In this document: piece after piece, positions 47,688 to 58,912 of the stretch | Layout: each line of letters starts with the position of its first letter | Position numbering within the stretch: the stretch's first letter is position 1 | Assembly (NCBI GenBank): GCA_005893275.1 | Contig: VBOW01000018.1 | Location: 12,184-76,183 of the forward strand | Source: Candidatus Eiseniibacteriota bacterium | Lineage (GTDB): Bacteria > Eisenbacteria > RBG-16-71-46 > SZUA-252 | DNA length: 64,000 nucleotides | Reading direction: 5' to 3' | Made by a program: the position numbers and the translations under genes | The notes under the pieces: generated by a model | Told to the model about the DNA's origin: nothing | Seen by the model: only the letters and a program-made list of their open reading frames with translations | The model's database searches: none

Positions 47688-49198
47688 AAGCAGTGGCGAA
47701 AGAAACACACACAAGAGGCGTCAACTACGAGTTGATGGAGGCGATGGCGCAAATCGCCCGCGAGAAGAGCGTGGACAAGACCATCCTCGTCGAGACGCTC
47801 GAGGCGGGACTGCTCTCGGCCGGGCGAAAGCGCTTCGGTCAGACCGCCAATATCGAGGTGAAATTCGACGAGCCGAGCGGCCGGATTCTCATGAGGCTCA
47901 CGCGGCGGGTCGTGGAGGACACCGAGGACCCGGCGCAGGAGATCGATCTGGAAGAGGCGCAGCAGTACGAGGCGGACGCCCGGATCGGGCAGGACTTCGT
48001 GCAGGAGCTGACGCTCGAGGACTTGGGTCGGAACGCGATCGCGGCGGCCAAGCAGGTGCTCGTCCAGCGCGTCCGCGAGGCGGAGCGCGAGCGCATCTAC
48101 GAGGACTACCACGACCGGGTCGGCGAAATGGTGCGTGGGACCGTGCAGCAGGTCGACCGTGGAAATATCTACGTGAAGCTCGACCGGTCGGAGGCGATTC
48201 TTCCTCCGCGCGAGCAGATCGCGCGGGACCGCTACCACCAAGGGGATCACATCAAGGCCTACATCATCGCGGTCGACAAGCTCGCGCGCGGCCCGCAGAT
48301 CATCCTCTCGCGGACCCATCCCGAGTTTCTGCGCCGGCTGTTCGAAGCCGAGGTGCCGGAAGTGGCGGAGAAGATCATCGAGATCAAGGGAATCGCGCGC
48401 GAGCCCGGTTCCCGCGCGAAGGTCTCGGTGCTCTCGAATGACGACAAGATCGACGCGGTCGGCGCTTGCGTGGGGATCAAAGGCTCCCGCGTGCAGGCGA
48501 TCGTCCGCGAGCTGGGGGGTGAGAAGATCGACATCGTGCCCTGGAGCCAGGACGCGGTCGTCTTTGTGACGCGCTCGCTCTCCCCCGCCAAGGTGCTCGA
48601 GGCGCAGATCGTCGAAGCGGAGCAGAAGATCCTTGTCACGGTCGCGGACGACCAGCTGTCGCTCGCGATCGGGAAGGGGGGCCAGAACGCGAGGCTCGCC
48701 GCAAAGCTCACGGGCTGGAAGATCGATCTGATCTCGAAGAGCGAGCGCGACCGGCAGAAGGACTTGGAGCGCCGCTCGCGGATCGATATCGAAGATTTGG
48801 AAGGGGCCGGTCCGAAGCTGCGCGAGAAGCTGATCCGCGCGGGCATCGAGACTGTGCAGGATCTGCTCCGCGCCCCCATGGAGGAGATTCTCGCGATCCA
48901 GGGAATCGGCGAGAAGACCGCCGAGAAGCTGATCGAGGAGGCGAAGGAGCTTCAGGAGAGGCGGGGTCGCGAGCTGGCCGAAGAGGCCGCGCGCGCGGCT
49001 GCCGCCGCAAGCGAGCAAGCGATCCTGGCCGACGCGGCGGGCGAAGAAACGCGCCCGGTCGCCGAGGAAGCGCCGGCGCAGGAGGGTGTCTTGGGCGCGC
49101 CCGAAGAGGCGCCCACGGAGGGAGAGCCCGCCGAGGCGGCGCAGCAGGAGAATTCGGGCGGAGATACCCAAGACGAAACGAGGAGCGATGCCAGTTAA
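47684..49198 (+). CDS. nusA: Transcription factor NusA
   Basis: GRNAIAAAKQV, AREPGSRAKV, GACVGIKGSRV, SLAIGKGGQNARLAAKLTGWKID. Acidic tail. Confidence 0.96.
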   Translation: MKAVAKETHTRGVNYELMEAMAQIAREKSVDKTILVETLEAGLLSAGRKRFGQTANIEVKFDEPSGRILMRLTRRVVEDTEDPAQEIDLEEAQQYEADARIGQDFVQELTLEDLGRNAIAAAKQVLVQRVREAERERIYEDYHDRVGEMVRGTVQQVDRGNIYVKLDRSEAILPPREQIARDRYHQGDHIKAYIIAVDKLARGPQIILSRTHPEFLRRLFEAEVPEVAEKIIEIKGIAREPGSRAKVSVLSNDDKIDAVGACVGIKGSRVQAIVRELGGEKIDIVPWSQDAVVFVTRSLSPAKVLEAQIVEAEQKILVTVADDQLSLAIGKGGQNARLAAKLTGWKIDLISKSERDRQKDLERRSRIDIEDLEGAGPKLREKLIRAGIETVQDLLRAPMEEILAIQGIGEKTAEKLIEEAKELQERRGRELAEEAARAAAAASEQAILADAAGEETRPVAEEAPAQEGVLGAPEEAPTEGEPAEAAQQENSGGDTQDETRSDAS

Positions 49199-51377
49199 GA
49201 AGCGGCGTGTGTACGAGGTGGCCAAGGACATGGGCATGTCCAGCGAGGCCCTCGTCCATATCCTGAAATCCCTCTCGGTCGAGGTGAAGAGCCACATGAG
49301 CTCGGTCGGGGACGATGTCGTCGATCAGGTTCGCTCGAAGCTCGCGCGCGAGAAGGAGGCCGTCAAGGAAGAGGAGGCCCGCAAGCGCGAGAAGGCCATC
49401 CTGGCCGCGAAAGCCGAGGCGGAGCGGCGCGGCTCGCCTCCGGGCCGCGGCCCCGGCGTGGCATTCAAGCTCGGCGGCAAGGCGGGGAAGAAGAAAAAGC
49501 GCGCCGTGGACGAGAAGCTCATCCGGGCCAGCGTGAAGCGCACGCTCGCCGAGATGGACGGGAGCAAGCGCCGCCACCACCGCCGCGAGCGCGAGGAGGG
49601 GGTCGCGGTCGGGGTGGAGGAAGCGCCCCGCCTGATCCGCGTGAGCGAATTCATCTCCGTCGCGGAGCTGGCCGGACAGATGGAGGTAAAGCCCCAGGAA
49701 GTGATCCAGGTTTGCATGCAGCTCGGCATCATGGCCAACATCAACCGCCGCCTCGACAAGGACTCGATCATGGCGGTCGCGGACGAATTCGGATACGGGG
49801 TCGAGTTCGTGAGCGAGCTGGGCGAGGAGGAGGTCGAGGTCGCCGAGGAGACCGGCGTCCTCAAGCCGCGCCCGCCGGTGGTCACGATCATGGGGCACGT
49901 GGACCACGGCAAGACATCGCTCCTGGACTACATCCGGAAAACCAATGTGATCGCGGGCGAGGCCGGCGGCATCACGCAGCACATCGGTGCTTACGAGGTC
50001 GAGCTGCCGCGGGGGCAGAAGATCACCTTCCTCGACACGCCCGGCCATGAAGCGTTCACCGCGATGCGCGCGCGCGGCGCGCAGGCCACCGACATCGTCG
50101 TCGTCGTCGTGGCCGCCGACGACCGCGTCATGCCCCAGACGATCGAGGCGATCGACCACGCGCGCGCGGCGAACGTTCCGATCATCGTCGCGATCAACAA
50201 GATCGACCTTCCCGGCGCGAATGTCGACCTCGTGCGCCAGGACCTGGCCAAGCAGAATCTCCTTCCGGAAGAGTGGGGAGGAAAGACGATCGCGGTGCCG
50301 ATTTCCGCCAAGCTCGGGACCGGCGTCGACCGTCTGCTCGAGATGATCCTGCTCCAATCCGAGATCTTGGAGCTCAAGGCCGATCCGAATAAGCCCGCGC
50401 GCGGGGTCGTGATCGAGTCGCGCGTGGAGCAAGGGCGCGGGATCGTCGCTACGGTGCTCGTCCAGAAGGGGACGCTCCGCGGCGGAGATGCGTTCGTCGC
50501 CGGCGCGCAATCGGGCAAGGTCCGGGCGATGAACAACGAGCGCGGGGGGCGCGTGCCCGAAGCGGGACCTTCGACCCCCGTCGAGGTCCTGGGCTGGAGC
50601 GGCGCGCCGCAGGCGGGGGACACCTTCGCGGCGATGGCCGACGAGCGCGAAGCGCGCGAGGTGGCGGCGAAACGCGCGCAGCTCCAGCGGGAGCAGGAGT
50701 TCCGCCTCCACAAGCACGTCACGCTCACCGACCTGTATTCCCAGATCCAGTCGGGAAGCGTGGGCGAGCTTCTGGTCGTGCTCAAGGGGGACGTGGACGG
50801 ATCCGTCGAGGCTCTCGAGGACTCCCTGACCAAGCTCACCACCGAGGAGGTCAAGCTCCGCGTGATCCACCGCGGCGTCGGCCAGATCAGCGAGTCCGAT
50901 GTGCTCCTCGCCACCGCGTCGAACGCGGTCATCATCGGGTTTCACGTGAAGCCCGATCCCAAGGCGACGGAGCTGGCGGGCAAGGAAAAGGTCGACGTCC
51001 GGCTCTACGAGATCATCTACGAGGCGGTCGCCGACGTGAAAGACGCGATGTCGGGCCTCCTGAAGCCCGAGATCCGCGAGACCGTCCTCGGCTCGGCCGA
51101 GGTGAGGCAGATCTTCAACACCACCAAGGCCGGCACGATCGCGGGTTGCAAGGTCGTTTCCGGAGCCATCCAGCGCAGCGCGCGCGCCCGCCTTCTCCGG
51201 GAGGGCTCGTCCGTTTGGGACGGAAAGATCGATTCCCTGCGGCGGTTCAAGGACGACGTGCGCGAGGTGGCGGCCCCGCTGGAGTGCGGAATCGGGCTCG
51301 AGGGACGCGACGACGTGAAAGTGAACGACATGATCGAAGCCTATGTCCTCGAGGAATTCGCGCGTCGGCTTACGTGA
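49188..51377 (+). CDS. infB: Translation initiation factor IF-2
   Basis: [46 protein letters not shown]. Confidence 0.97.
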   Translation: MPVKKRRVYEVAKDMGMSSEALVHILKSLSVEVKSHMSSVGDDVVDQVRSKLAREKEAVKEEEARKREKAILAAKAEAERRGSPPGRGPGVAFKLGGKAGKKKKRAVDEKLIRASVKRTLAEMDGSKRRHHRREREEGVAVGVEEAPRLIRVSEFISVAELAGQMEVKPQEVIQVCMQLGIMANINRRLDKDSIMAVADEFGYGVEFVSELGEEEVEVAEETGVLKPRPPVVTIMGHVDHGKTSLLDYIRKTNVIAGEAGGITQHIGAYEVELPRGQKITFLDTPGHEAFTAMRARGAQATDIVVVVVAADDRVMPQTIEAIDHARAANVPIIVAINKIDLPGANVDLVRQDLAKQNLLPEEWGGKTIAVPISAKLGTGVDRLLEMILLQSEILELKADPNKPARGVVIESRVEQGRGIVATVLVQKGTLRGGDAFVAGAQSGKVRAMNNERGGRVPEAGPSTPVEVLGWSGAPQAGDTFAAMADEREAREVAAKRAQLQREQEFRLHKHVTLTDLYSQIQSGSVGELLVVLKGDVDGSVEALEDSLTKLTTEEVKLRVIHRGVGQISESDVLLATASNAVIIGFHVKPDPKATELAGKEKVDVRLYEIIYEAVADVKDAMSGLLKPEIRETVLGSAEVRQIFNTTKAGTIAGCKVVSGAIQRSARARLLREGSSVWDGKIDSLRRFKDDVREVAAPLECGIGLEGRDDVKVNDMIEAYVLEEFARRLT

Positions 51378-51378
51378 G

Positions 51379-51660
51379 ATGGTAGTCGGCCTGCTCCAGA
51401 TGGAGCTTCACCTTCCCGCCTCCCACTCGCTCAAGGCGAAGCGCTCGGTCGTGAACCACGTCAAGGAGCGGCTCCGGACGCGCTTCAACGCGTCCGTGGC
51501 GGAAGTGGACCACCAGGACTTGTGGCAGCGCGCGACGCTGGGCGTGGCGGTCGTGAGCGGAGAGCCGGGCGTGTTGGACAAGGTGCTTCGAGACATCCTG
51601 GCCTGCGTGGAGCGGGAGGACCGCCTCGCGGTCCTGGACTACCAGATCCGAATCGACTGA
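51379..51660 (+). CDS. DUF503 (YlxP) family protein
   Basis: HSLKAKRSVV, FNASVAEVDHQDLWQRA; lies between infB and rbfA. Confidence 0.88.
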   Translation: MVVGLLQMELHLPASHSLKAKRSVVNHVKERLRTRFNASVAEVDHQDLWQRATLGVAVVSGEPGVLDKVLRDILACVEREDRLAVLDYQIRID

Positions 51661-51674
51661 CCGGCATTCCTACG

Positions 51675-52043
51675 ATGCCTTCACGCAAGCAGAGTCCCCG
51701 CACGCGCCGCGTGGCGGACCGGATCCAGGTCGAGCTGGCCGAGATCCTGAGCACCAGGACGGAAGACCCGAGGCTTCGCGTGCTCTCGGTGACGGGAGCA
51801 GAGGTGAGCCGCGACTTCTCCCTCGCGAAGGTCTGGGTGGCCGGGACGCTCCTGACCCCGGACTCGGAACCCAACGTGCTCCAGGCGCTCGCCCGCGCGA
51901 CGCCGTACTTTCGCAGCCTCCTGGCGGCCCGGCTGGGGCTTCGCATCGTCCCCGAGCTCCAGTTCCAGATCGACCGGTCGATCGAGAAGGGTGCGCGAAT
52001 CGAGCAGCTCCTGCGTGAAATTCAGGAACCTCCCGATGAATGA
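51675..52043 (+). CDS. rbfA: Ribosome-binding factor A
   Basis: RTRRVADRI, DPRL, VSRDFSLAKV, LRIVPELQFQID.S. Confidence 0.92.
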   Translation: MPSRKQSPRTRRVADRIQVELAEILSTRTEDPRLRVLSVTGAEVSRDFSLAKVWVAGTLLTPDSEPNVLQALARATPYFRSLLAARLGLRIVPELQFQIDRSIEKGARIEQLLREIQEPPDE

Positions 52044-53031
52044 CGTCACGCTCGAGGGGCTCGAAGCGTTTCTTGCGGGTCGCGAGGAGTTCCTGGTGAC
52101 CGCGCACATCGATCCCGACGGCGACGCGGTGGGATCCTGCCTCGGCCTCAAGCTCGCGCTGGATCACATGGGGAAAACGGCGGAGGTAGTGCTCGACTCG
52201 CCGGTCCCCGCCGCGCTCCTCTTCCTGCCGGCCGCGTCGACGATCCGGCGTCCGGATCATGTTCAGAAGAAATTCGATTCCGCCTTCGTGCTCGACAGCT
52301 CCTCGCTGGATCGTACGGGCTCGGTTCCGGAGCGTTGCCTGAATCCCGGAGCCAAGATCGCGGTCTTCGACCATCACTGGGGAAACGACGGGTTCGGAGA
52401 TATCCGCCTCGTCAATCCGGAGGCGTCCGCCACGGCCGAGCTGGTCTACGACGTCATCGACCTTCTTCACATTCCGATCTCTCCCGAAATCGCCGAGTGC
52501 CTCTATGCCGGCATCCTCTCCGATACGGGCGGCTTCCGTTACGCGAACACCTCCTCCCGCACCCTGCGCGTCGCCGCGAGGTTGGTCGAGCGCGGGGCCA
52601 GGGCGCCCGTGGTCGCCGAGGCGCTCTACGCGACGAAAACGGCGCCGAGCTTGCGCATCCTGGGCTTGGCGCTCGCCTCGCTCGAGACGCGGAGCGGGGG
52701 AAGAATCGGGGCGATGACCATCTCACGGGACATGTTCGAGCGGGCGGGCGCGACGCCCGAGGATGCCGACGGAATCGTCCAGTATGCCAAGGCTCTCGCG
52801 GGCGCGCGTGTGGGCGTGCTCGTCCAAGAGGTGGCGCCGAACGAAATCAGAGCGAGCCTCCGGTCGGACGGGACGGTGGATGTGAACGAGGTGGCGTCCC
52901 TGTTCGGCGGCGGAGGTCACCGGAACGCGGCGGGGCTTCGGGTGCGGGGGGATTTGGAGCGGGTCCGAAACGACCTCTACGAGGCCCTCGACCGGGCGAT
53001 GAATGGCGGACCTCCTCCATCTGCTGGATAA
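52036..53031 (+). CDS. nrnA: DHH/DHHA1 oligoribonuclease/pAp phosphatase NrnA
   Basis: HIDPDGDAVGS, DHH, SDTGGF, SLRS, GGGGHRNAAG. Confidence 0.9.
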   Translation: MNDVTLEGLEAFLAGREEFLVTAHIDPDGDAVGSCLGLKLALDHMGKTAEVVLDSPVPAALLFLPAASTIRRPDHVQKKFDSAFVLDSSSLDRTGSVPERCLNPGAKIAVFDHHWGNDGFGDIRLVNPEASATAELVYDVIDLLHIPISPEIAECLYAGILSDTGGFRYANTSSRTLRVAARLVERGARAPVVAEALYATKTAPSLRILGLALASLETRSGGRIGAMTISRDMFERAGATPEDADGIVQYAKALAGARVGVLVQEVAPNEIRASLRSDGTVDVNEVASLFGGGGHRNAAGLRVRGDLERVRNDLYEALDRAMNGGPPPSAG

Positions 53032-53944
53032 GCCGGAAGGCTGGACCTCCCACGACGTGGTCGCGCGCATGCGGCGAATCCTGGGCGAGCGCCGCGTGGG
53101 CCACGCCGGAACGCTCGATCCTTTCGCCACGGGGCTCCTCATCCTGGCCGAAGGGCGGGCGACGGCGCTCCTCGGCTGCGTGAGCCTCCTCCCGAAACGC
53201 TATCTCGCGAAGGCGCGCCTCGGGATCGCGACCGACACGCAGGACCGAACCGGGAAGCCCATCCGCGTCTCGGAGCGGATCCCCGGGCGGGAAGGGATCC
53301 AGGCGGCGCTCGAGCGCCTGCGTGGGGTGACCCGCCAGCGCCCGCCGCTCTATTCGGCGGTAAGGGTGCGGGGTGAGCGGCTCTATAAGGCGGCGCGCCG
53401 GGGTGAATCCCCGGACCCCGGGGAGCGTACGATCCGGGTCTATGAGCTTGAGGTGCTCGACGGCACGTTGCCGGAGCTTGGCCTCGACTTGACGGTGAGC
53501 CGGGGCACGTACGTGCGCACGCTGGCCCATGACTTGGGCGAGTTGCTCGGGTGCGGCGCCCACCTCCTCTCCTTGCGCCGGATCGCATCGGGACCATTCC
53601 ACGTGGACGAGGCCCTTTCGCCCGAGCCCTGCTCCGGGAATGGGGCGGGCGATTTTCGCGGGCGCGCGCTCACCCCCGCCCAAGCTGTGATGCACCTGCC
53701 GCGCGCGACGCTCACCTCGGAGGAGGCGGCGCGGCTCCGCCACGGTCGCGCGCCGGCTCTGGGCCCCGACCGGATCGAGCCCGCGCCCCTCGGCTATCCG
53801 CTTCCTCCCGGGGAGACGCGCTGGCCGCTCGCCCTTCTCGCGCCGGAGGGTGAGCTGCTCGGGCTCGCGGAATCCCCGTGCCCGGCGGTCCCTTCCGAGG
53901 CGCCACCCCAGGCCGTGGTCCGTCTTCTGCGCGTGTTTCCATGA
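53003..53944 (+). CDS. truB: tRNA pseudouridine(55) synthase
   Basis: DKPEGWTSHDVV, GHAGTLDPFATG, PPLYSA, SRGTYVRTL. Confidence 0.95.
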   Translation: MADLLHLLDKPEGWTSHDVVARMRRILGERRVGHAGTLDPFATGLLILAEGRATALLGCVSLLPKRYLAKARLGIATDTQDRTGKPIRVSERIPGREGIQAALERLRGVTRQRPPLYSAVRVRGERLYKAARRGESPDPGERTIRVYELEVLDGTLPELGLDLTVSRGTYVRTLAHDLGELLGCGAHLLSLRRIASGPFHVDEALSPEPCSGNGAGDFRGRALTPAQAVMHLPRATLTSEEAARLRHGRAPALGPDRIEPAPLGYPLPPGETRWPLALLAPEGELLGLAESPCPAVPSEAPPQAVVRLLRVFP

Positions 53945-54888
53945 CCCGGATCTCACGTCCGATCGCGATGACGATCGGGGTTTTTGACGGGTTGCACTTG
54001 GGTCACCAGCGCGTGATCGCGGCGACCGTGGAGGTCGCGCGAGAGCGCGGCGGGATCGCGTGGGTGACGACCTTCGACCCGCACCCCGACACGATCGTGC
54101 GCGGCGTGCCGCCTCGTCCTTGGATCACCCCCCCGGAGGAGCGCGAAGAGCTGCTCCACGCGATGGGTGTCGACCGGGTGCACGTGGAGCGCTTCGATAG
54201 GAGCGTTCAGGCCCTGCCGCCCGAGGGATTCATCGACCGCGTGCTCGGCGTCGGCGCGCCGCTGGCGGTGCTCGTCATCGGACCCGATTTTCGGATGGGG
54301 CGCGACCGTGTCGGAGACCGCGCGTATCTCGAAGCTCTGGGGGAGCGACGCGGATTCGCGGTCCGTGAGGTGCCGTTCCTCATGGGGGGTGGAGGAAAGC
54401 TCTCGAGCACCGCGCTGAGGGGGCTCATCCAGGCGGGGTCGGTCGAGGAAGCGTCGGCGATGCTCGGCCGCCCGTACTCGCTGCGCGGCCGGGTCGGTTC
54501 CGGCGCCGGCCGCGGCAGGCAGCTAGGGTACCCCACGGCCAATTTGGAGGTTCACCCGGCGAAGCTCTTGCCCGCACCAGGTATTTACATATCCAGCAAT
54601 AGATTGCTTGGAATCACATGGCCCGGCCTTACGTACGTCGGAAGCGCGGAGACGTTTGGGCCGGGGCCGGTCCGGGTCGAGGCGCATCTTCTGGATTACG
54701 ACGGCAAGGAGTCGCTCCGCGGGAAGGTGCTCGTCACGAGCCTCGTGCGGAGGCTCCGCGGAGACGAGGTCTTCGAAAGCCCCGAGGCGCTCATCCGGGC
54801 CATGGATCAGGACCGGGCAAGGGCCGCGGAATACTGGAGTTCCAGGGCGGCCGCGCGTGGAACGATATCGGGGAGCGTCCCAGATTGA
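53941..54888 (+). CDS. ribF: Bifunctional riboflavin kinase/FAD synthetase
   Basis: IGVFDGLHLGH, TFDPHP, SST, GRGRQLGYPTAN, EAHLLD. Confidence 0.92.
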   Translation: MTRISRPIAMTIGVFDGLHLGHQRVIAATVEVARERGGIAWVTTFDPHPDTIVRGVPPRPWITPPEEREELLHAMGVDRVHVERFDRSVQALPPEGFIDRVLGVGAPLAVLVIGPDFRMGRDRVGDRAYLEALGERRGFAVREVPFLMGGGGKLSSTALRGLIQAGSVEEASAMLGRPYSLRGRVGSGAGRGRQLGYPTANLEVHPAKLLPAPGIYISSNRLLGITWPGLTYVGSAETFGPGPVRVEAHLLDYDGKESLRGKVLVTSLVRRLRGDEVFESPEALIRAMDQDRARAAEYWSSRAAARGTISGSVPD

Positions 54889-54891
54889 GCG

Positions 54892-54921
54892 TTGCATCCA
54901 GATTCCACTCTGTTGTAAAGT
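54892..54921 (+). promoter_or_regulatory. Putative sigma70 promoter for rpsO-pnp
   Basis: TTGCAT (54892-54897), 18 nt spacer, TAAAGT (54916-54921). Confidence 0.5.
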
Positions 54922-54966
54922 GCGGCCGTCCAGAGAGAGAGGGAAAGTCATGGAGGTGGACCACCG

Positions 54967-55236
54967 GTGCCGTTGACACCTGAGAGGAAGCGCGAGGTTA
55001 TCGATCACTTCCGCACCCACGAGACGGACTCGGGGTCCGCGGAAGTCCAGATCGCGCTCCTGACCGAACGCATCAAATACCTGACGGAGCACTTCAAGGT
55101 GCACAAGCGCGACCATCACAGTCGGCGCGGGTTGCTCCGAATGGTCGGTCAACGACGCAGGCTGCTCGACTATCTGAAGTCCTCCAACGTCGAGCGCTAC
55201 CGGATGGTGGTCAAGGAGCTCGGTCTCCGCAAATAG
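54967..55236 (+). CDS. rpsO: 30S ribosomal protein S15
   Basis: [38 protein letters not shown]. Confidence 0.97.
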   Translation: MPLTPERKREVIDHFRTHETDSGSAEVQIALLTERIKYLTEHFKVHKRDHHSRRGLLRMVGQRRRLLDYLKSSNVERYRMVVKELGLRK

Positions 55237-55390
55237 CGCTCCTGTCCGGGCGGCAGCGCGCCCGCGAGCACGCTCACCCGAAGACTCCCCCAAAACTCCC
55301 TGCGCTCCGTCCGGCTCCATGGCCGCCCTGCGGAGCGCCTCGTTGCATTAGAAGGGTCATGATCGAATCGAGAGATGGAAGGAGAAGAGA

Positions 55391-57556
55391 ATGCCCGAAT
55401 CTGTAAGCCTCGACCTTGGGGGCCGTACCTTCAGCATCGAAGTCGGCAAGGTCGCCAAGCAAGCCTCCGGGTCAGCGTGGGTGCGGTACGGGGACACGGT
55501 GGTTCTGGTCGCCGCGGTCGCATCCAAGTACCCGATCGACAAGGACTTCTTTCCCCTTAGCGTGGAATACCGGGAGAAGACCTACGCAGCCGGGAAGATC
55601 CCCGGTGGTTTCTTCAAGCGCGAGGGGCGACCCACGGAGAAGGAAATCCTGAGCAGCCGGTTGATCGACCGTCCGCTGCGGCCTTTGTTCCCGGACGGTT
55701 TCCGCAACGAGATCCAGATCTCCGCCACGGTCCTTTCCTCGGATCAGGCGAATGATTCGGACATCCTGGGAATCACCGGCGCCTCGGTCGCGCTCATGGT
55801 CTCGGACATCCCGTTTCCGGAGCCGGTCTCGGGGGTCAGAGTCGGATTCGTGGAAGGCAAGCTGGTCCTGAATCCGACGTTCCAGGAGCTGGAGCAATCC
55901 GCCCTGGACATGGTCGTGGCCGGCACCGATTCCTCGATCGTGATGGTCGAGGGAGGGGCCCGCGAAGTGCCCGAAGCGACGGTTGTGGAGGCGCTCCGGT
56001 TCGCGCACAAGCACATCCTCGAGCTGAACAAGATCCAGGTCGAGCTTCGGCGCCGCATCGGGAAGCCGAAGCGCGAGTTTGCCGTTCCGCCGAAGGATGC
56101 GGGCCTCGAGGCGGCCGTGGAGCGCGAGTTCGGCGATCGCGTCCGCCGGGCAAACGAGATTCAAACGAAGGAGGAGCGCCAGGCGGAGCTCGACCGCGTG
56201 AAGGAAGAGGCGCTCGCCAAATTCGAGGAGTCCCACCCCGATATGGGGAAGCAGATCGCCACGATCCTCGAGCACATCGAGAGCCAGGATCTGCGTCGTC
56301 GGATCTTGAAGGAAGGCCGGCGCGCCGACGGGCGGGGCCCGGACGACATCAGGGCGATCACGTGCGAAGTCGGCGTGCTGCCGCGCACGCACGGATCCGC
56401 GCTCTTCACCCGCGGCCAAACCCAGAGCCTGGTCGCGACGACGCTCGGAACGAAAGTGGACGAGCAGCGCGTCGAGGAGCTGGAAGGTCAGTCCTGGAAG
56501 AGCTACATGCTGCATTATAACTTCCCGCCCTTCAGCGTCGGGGAGGTGAGACCGATGCGCGGGCCCGGCCGGCGCGAAATCGGCCACGGCGCGCTCGCCG
56601 AACGCGCGATCGAGCCCCTGATTCCTTCCGACATCGACTTCCCCTACACCATTCGCGTCGTCTCGGACATTCTCGAGTCAAACGGTAGCTCGTCGATGGC
56701 GACGGTGTGCGGGGGTAGTCTTTCCTTGATGGACGCGGGCGTTCCGATCAAGGCCCACGTCGCCGGAATCGCGATGGGCCTGATCAAAGATGGAAATGAC
56801 ATCGCGATCCTGACGGACATTCTGGGCGTCGAGGATCATCTGGGGGACATGGACTTCAAGGTGACCGGCACCCGCGAGGGCATCACCGCGTTCCAGATGG
56901 ACATCAAGATCGAAGGCCTCTCGATGGACATCATGTCGCGCGCGCTCGAGAAGGCCCGCGTCGCGAGGATGCACGTCCTGGGCAAGATGGAGGCGGCGAT
57001 CGCGACACCGCGCGCCGAGCTCTCGCCCTACGCGCCGCGGATCTACATCATGATGATCGATCCGGACAAGATCCGGGAGGTCATCGGACCAGGCGGCAAG
57101 ATGATCAAGAAGATCAGCGCCGAGACGGGGACCCAGATCGACATCGAGGACTCCGGCGAAGTCCGCATCGCAGCGTTCAGCGGGGCGGACGGGGACCGGG
57201 CGCGAGACATCATCCGATCGATCACCGAGGACCCCGAGGTCGGGCGCATTTATTCGGGGATCGTGCGCCGGGTGGTGCCGTTCGGGGCCTTCGTCGAAAT
57301 CTCCCCGGGCAAAGACGGCTTGGTCCACATCTCGGAGCTCGAGCCGCACCGCGTGGAGCGGGTCGAGGACGTCATCAACGAAGGGGACACGGTCCTGGTC
57401 AAGGTGATCGGGATCGACCGCGAAGGCAAGATCAAGCTGAGCCGCAAGCAAGCGCTCCCGGGATACGAGGAGTCCGGGGACCACGAAGCACAGCGCCGGC
57501 CGCCGGGCGGCGGCGGGGAGCGCCCCCGGAGGAAGCCGGAGCACTCGCGCCGCTAG
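55391..57556 (+). CDS. pnp: Polyribonucleotide nucleotidyltransferase
   Basis: GKIPGGFFKREG, RREIGHG, SNGSSSMA, DHLGDMDFKV, KH (IGPGGK) and S1 domains. Confidence 0.97.
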   Translation: MPESVSLDLGGRTFSIEVGKVAKQASGSAWVRYGDTVVLVAAVASKYPIDKDFFPLSVEYREKTYAAGKIPGGFFKREGRPTEKEILSSRLIDRPLRPLFPDGFRNEIQISATVLSSDQANDSDILGITGASVALMVSDIPFPEPVSGVRVGFVEGKLVLNPTFQELEQSALDMVVAGTDSSIVMVEGGAREVPEATVVEALRFAHKHILELNKIQVELRRRIGKPKREFAVPPKDAGLEAAVEREFGDRVRRANEIQTKEERQAELDRVKEEALAKFEESHPDMGKQIATILEHIESQDLRRRILKEGRRADGRGPDDIRAITCEVGVLPRTHGSALFTRGQTQSLVATTLGTKVDEQRVEELEGQSWKSYMLHYNFPPFSVGEVRPMRGPGRREIGHGALAERAIEPLIPSDIDFPYTIRVVSDILESNGSSSMATVCGGSLSLMDAGVPIKAHVAGIAMGLIKDGNDIAILTDILGVEDHLGDMDFKVTGTREGITAFQMDIKIEGLSMDIMSRALEKARVARMHVLGKMEAAIATPRAELSPYAPRIYIMMIDPDKIREVIGPGGKMIKKISAETGTQIDIEDSGEVRIAAFSGADGDRARDIIRSITEDPEVGRIYSGIVRRVVPFGAFVEISPGKDGLVHISELEPHRVERVEDVINEGDTVLVKVIGIDREGKIKLSRKQALPGYEESGDHEAQRRPPGGGGERPRRKPEHSRR

Positions 57557-57586
57557 CGCGCCGTCGAAGAGCGGTTCGGACCACGT

Positions 57587-57617
57587 CCAGCGGAGGCCAC
57601 GGCCTCCGTTCTGGTTT
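57587..57617 (+). terminator. Hairpin after pnp, possible weak terminator
   Basis: CGGAGGC-cacg-GCCTCCG, extended by CCAG/CTGG and followed by TTCTGGTTT. Confidence 0.35.
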
Positions 57618-57628
57618 GAGGAGGGTCG

Positions 57629-58912
57629 TTGGACGAAGGGGATCGGTTTCGCCGGGTCGAGCTTCCGTCCGGCCTGACCGTGATCGGCGAGCACGTGGAC
57701 TCCGTGCGTTCCCTGTCGATCGGGGTTTGGGTCAAGGTAGGGGCGCGGCATGAGGCGACGCCCGAATCGGGGATGTCGCATTTCCTCGAGCACATGGTTT
57801 TCAAGGGAACGCACACCCGGGACGCCTACGAGCTGGCGCTGAGCCTGGAATCGGTCGGCGGCCACCTGGACGCGTTCACCGGCCGCGAAGTGACCTGTTT
57901 CGACGCGCGCGCTTTGGACGAGCACTTGAACCTCGCGGTGGAGGTGCTCGCGGATCTCGTTCTGAACCCCAAGCTCGATCCCGACGACGTGGAGAAGGAA
58001 AAGAAGGTCATTCTGGACGAGATCCACACCTACGAGGACACGCCCGACGAGAGAATCCACGACCTTTTCGCCGACGTCGTGTGGTCCGGGCATCCGCTGG
58101 GCAACCGGATCCTCGGCACCCGCGAATCGGTCCAGGCATTTACGCGTGAGGACGTCGCGCGCTACCACGCGCGCCGGTACTGCGCTTCCAATCTTCTCGT
58201 CGCGATCGCGGGCCGCTTCGACTGGGAGCGGTTCGTGGGTGAGGTTTCGTCCCGGTTCGGCGATGCTCCGCCCGGGGTCCCGCCCGAATCCAAGAGCGTG
58301 CAACCGAACGGCCGGGACGTGGTTCATCATGTAAAGGACCTGGCGCAGCAATACCTCTGTATCGGCGGCCGGGGTCTCCCATCCCAGCATCCCGACCGCC
58401 ACGCACTGATCGTTCTCTCAACCCTGCTGGGCGGAGGCATGAGCTCACGCCTGTTCCAGCGGGTGCGGGAGCAGGAGGGGTTGGCCTATTCGGTCTATAC
58501 CTATGCGGATTTCTACCGCGACGCGGGAATCATCTGCGCGGGGATGAACGTCCAGCCGCAGCACGGCCGGAGGGTCGTGGCGCTGACGCTGGAAGAGTTC
58601 GAGCGCGTCATCCGGCAGGGCGTACCTGAAAATGAGCTCCGTTCCGTGAAGGCACAGCTCAAGGGGAATCTCCTCCTGGGGCTCGAGAGCACTTCGAACC
58701 GGATGAACCGGATCGCGCGGAACCAGCTTTATGAAGGACGCTTCGTCTCTGTGGACGAGCTGGTTCGGAGGGTGGACTTGGTGCGATCCGAAGATGTCCA
58801 AAGGGTGGCGTTGGAGTTGATCTCGCGCGATCGGATCTCGCTCGTCGCGCTCGGGCCCAGCGCGGGCTCCGAGTTCGAAACGGGTGACCTCATGCTCGGA
58901 ACCGCCGCGTGA
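57629..58912 (+). CDS. M16 (pitrilysin) family zinc peptidase
   Basis: [14 protein letters not shown] (HxxEH), [21 protein letters not shown]; follows pnp. Confidence 0.92.
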   Translation: MDEGDRFRRVELPSGLTVIGEHVDSVRSLSIGVWVKVGARHEATPESGMSHFLEHMVFKGTHTRDAYELALSLESVGGHLDAFTGREVTCFDARALDEHLNLAVEVLADLVLNPKLDPDDVEKEKKVILDEIHTYEDTPDERIHDLFADVVWSGHPLGNRILGTRESVQAFTREDVARYHARRYCASNLLVAIAGRFDWERFVGEVSSRFGDAPPGVPPESKSVQPNGRDVVHHVKDLAQQYLCIGGRGLPSQHPDRHALIVLSTLLGGGMSSRLFQRVREQEGLAYSVYTYADFYRDAGIICAGMNVQPQHGRRVVALTLEEFERVIRQGVPENELRSVKAQLKGNLLLGLESTSNRMNRIARNQLYEGRFVSVDELVRRVDLVRSEDVQRVALELISRDRISLVALGPSAGSEFETGDLMLGTAA

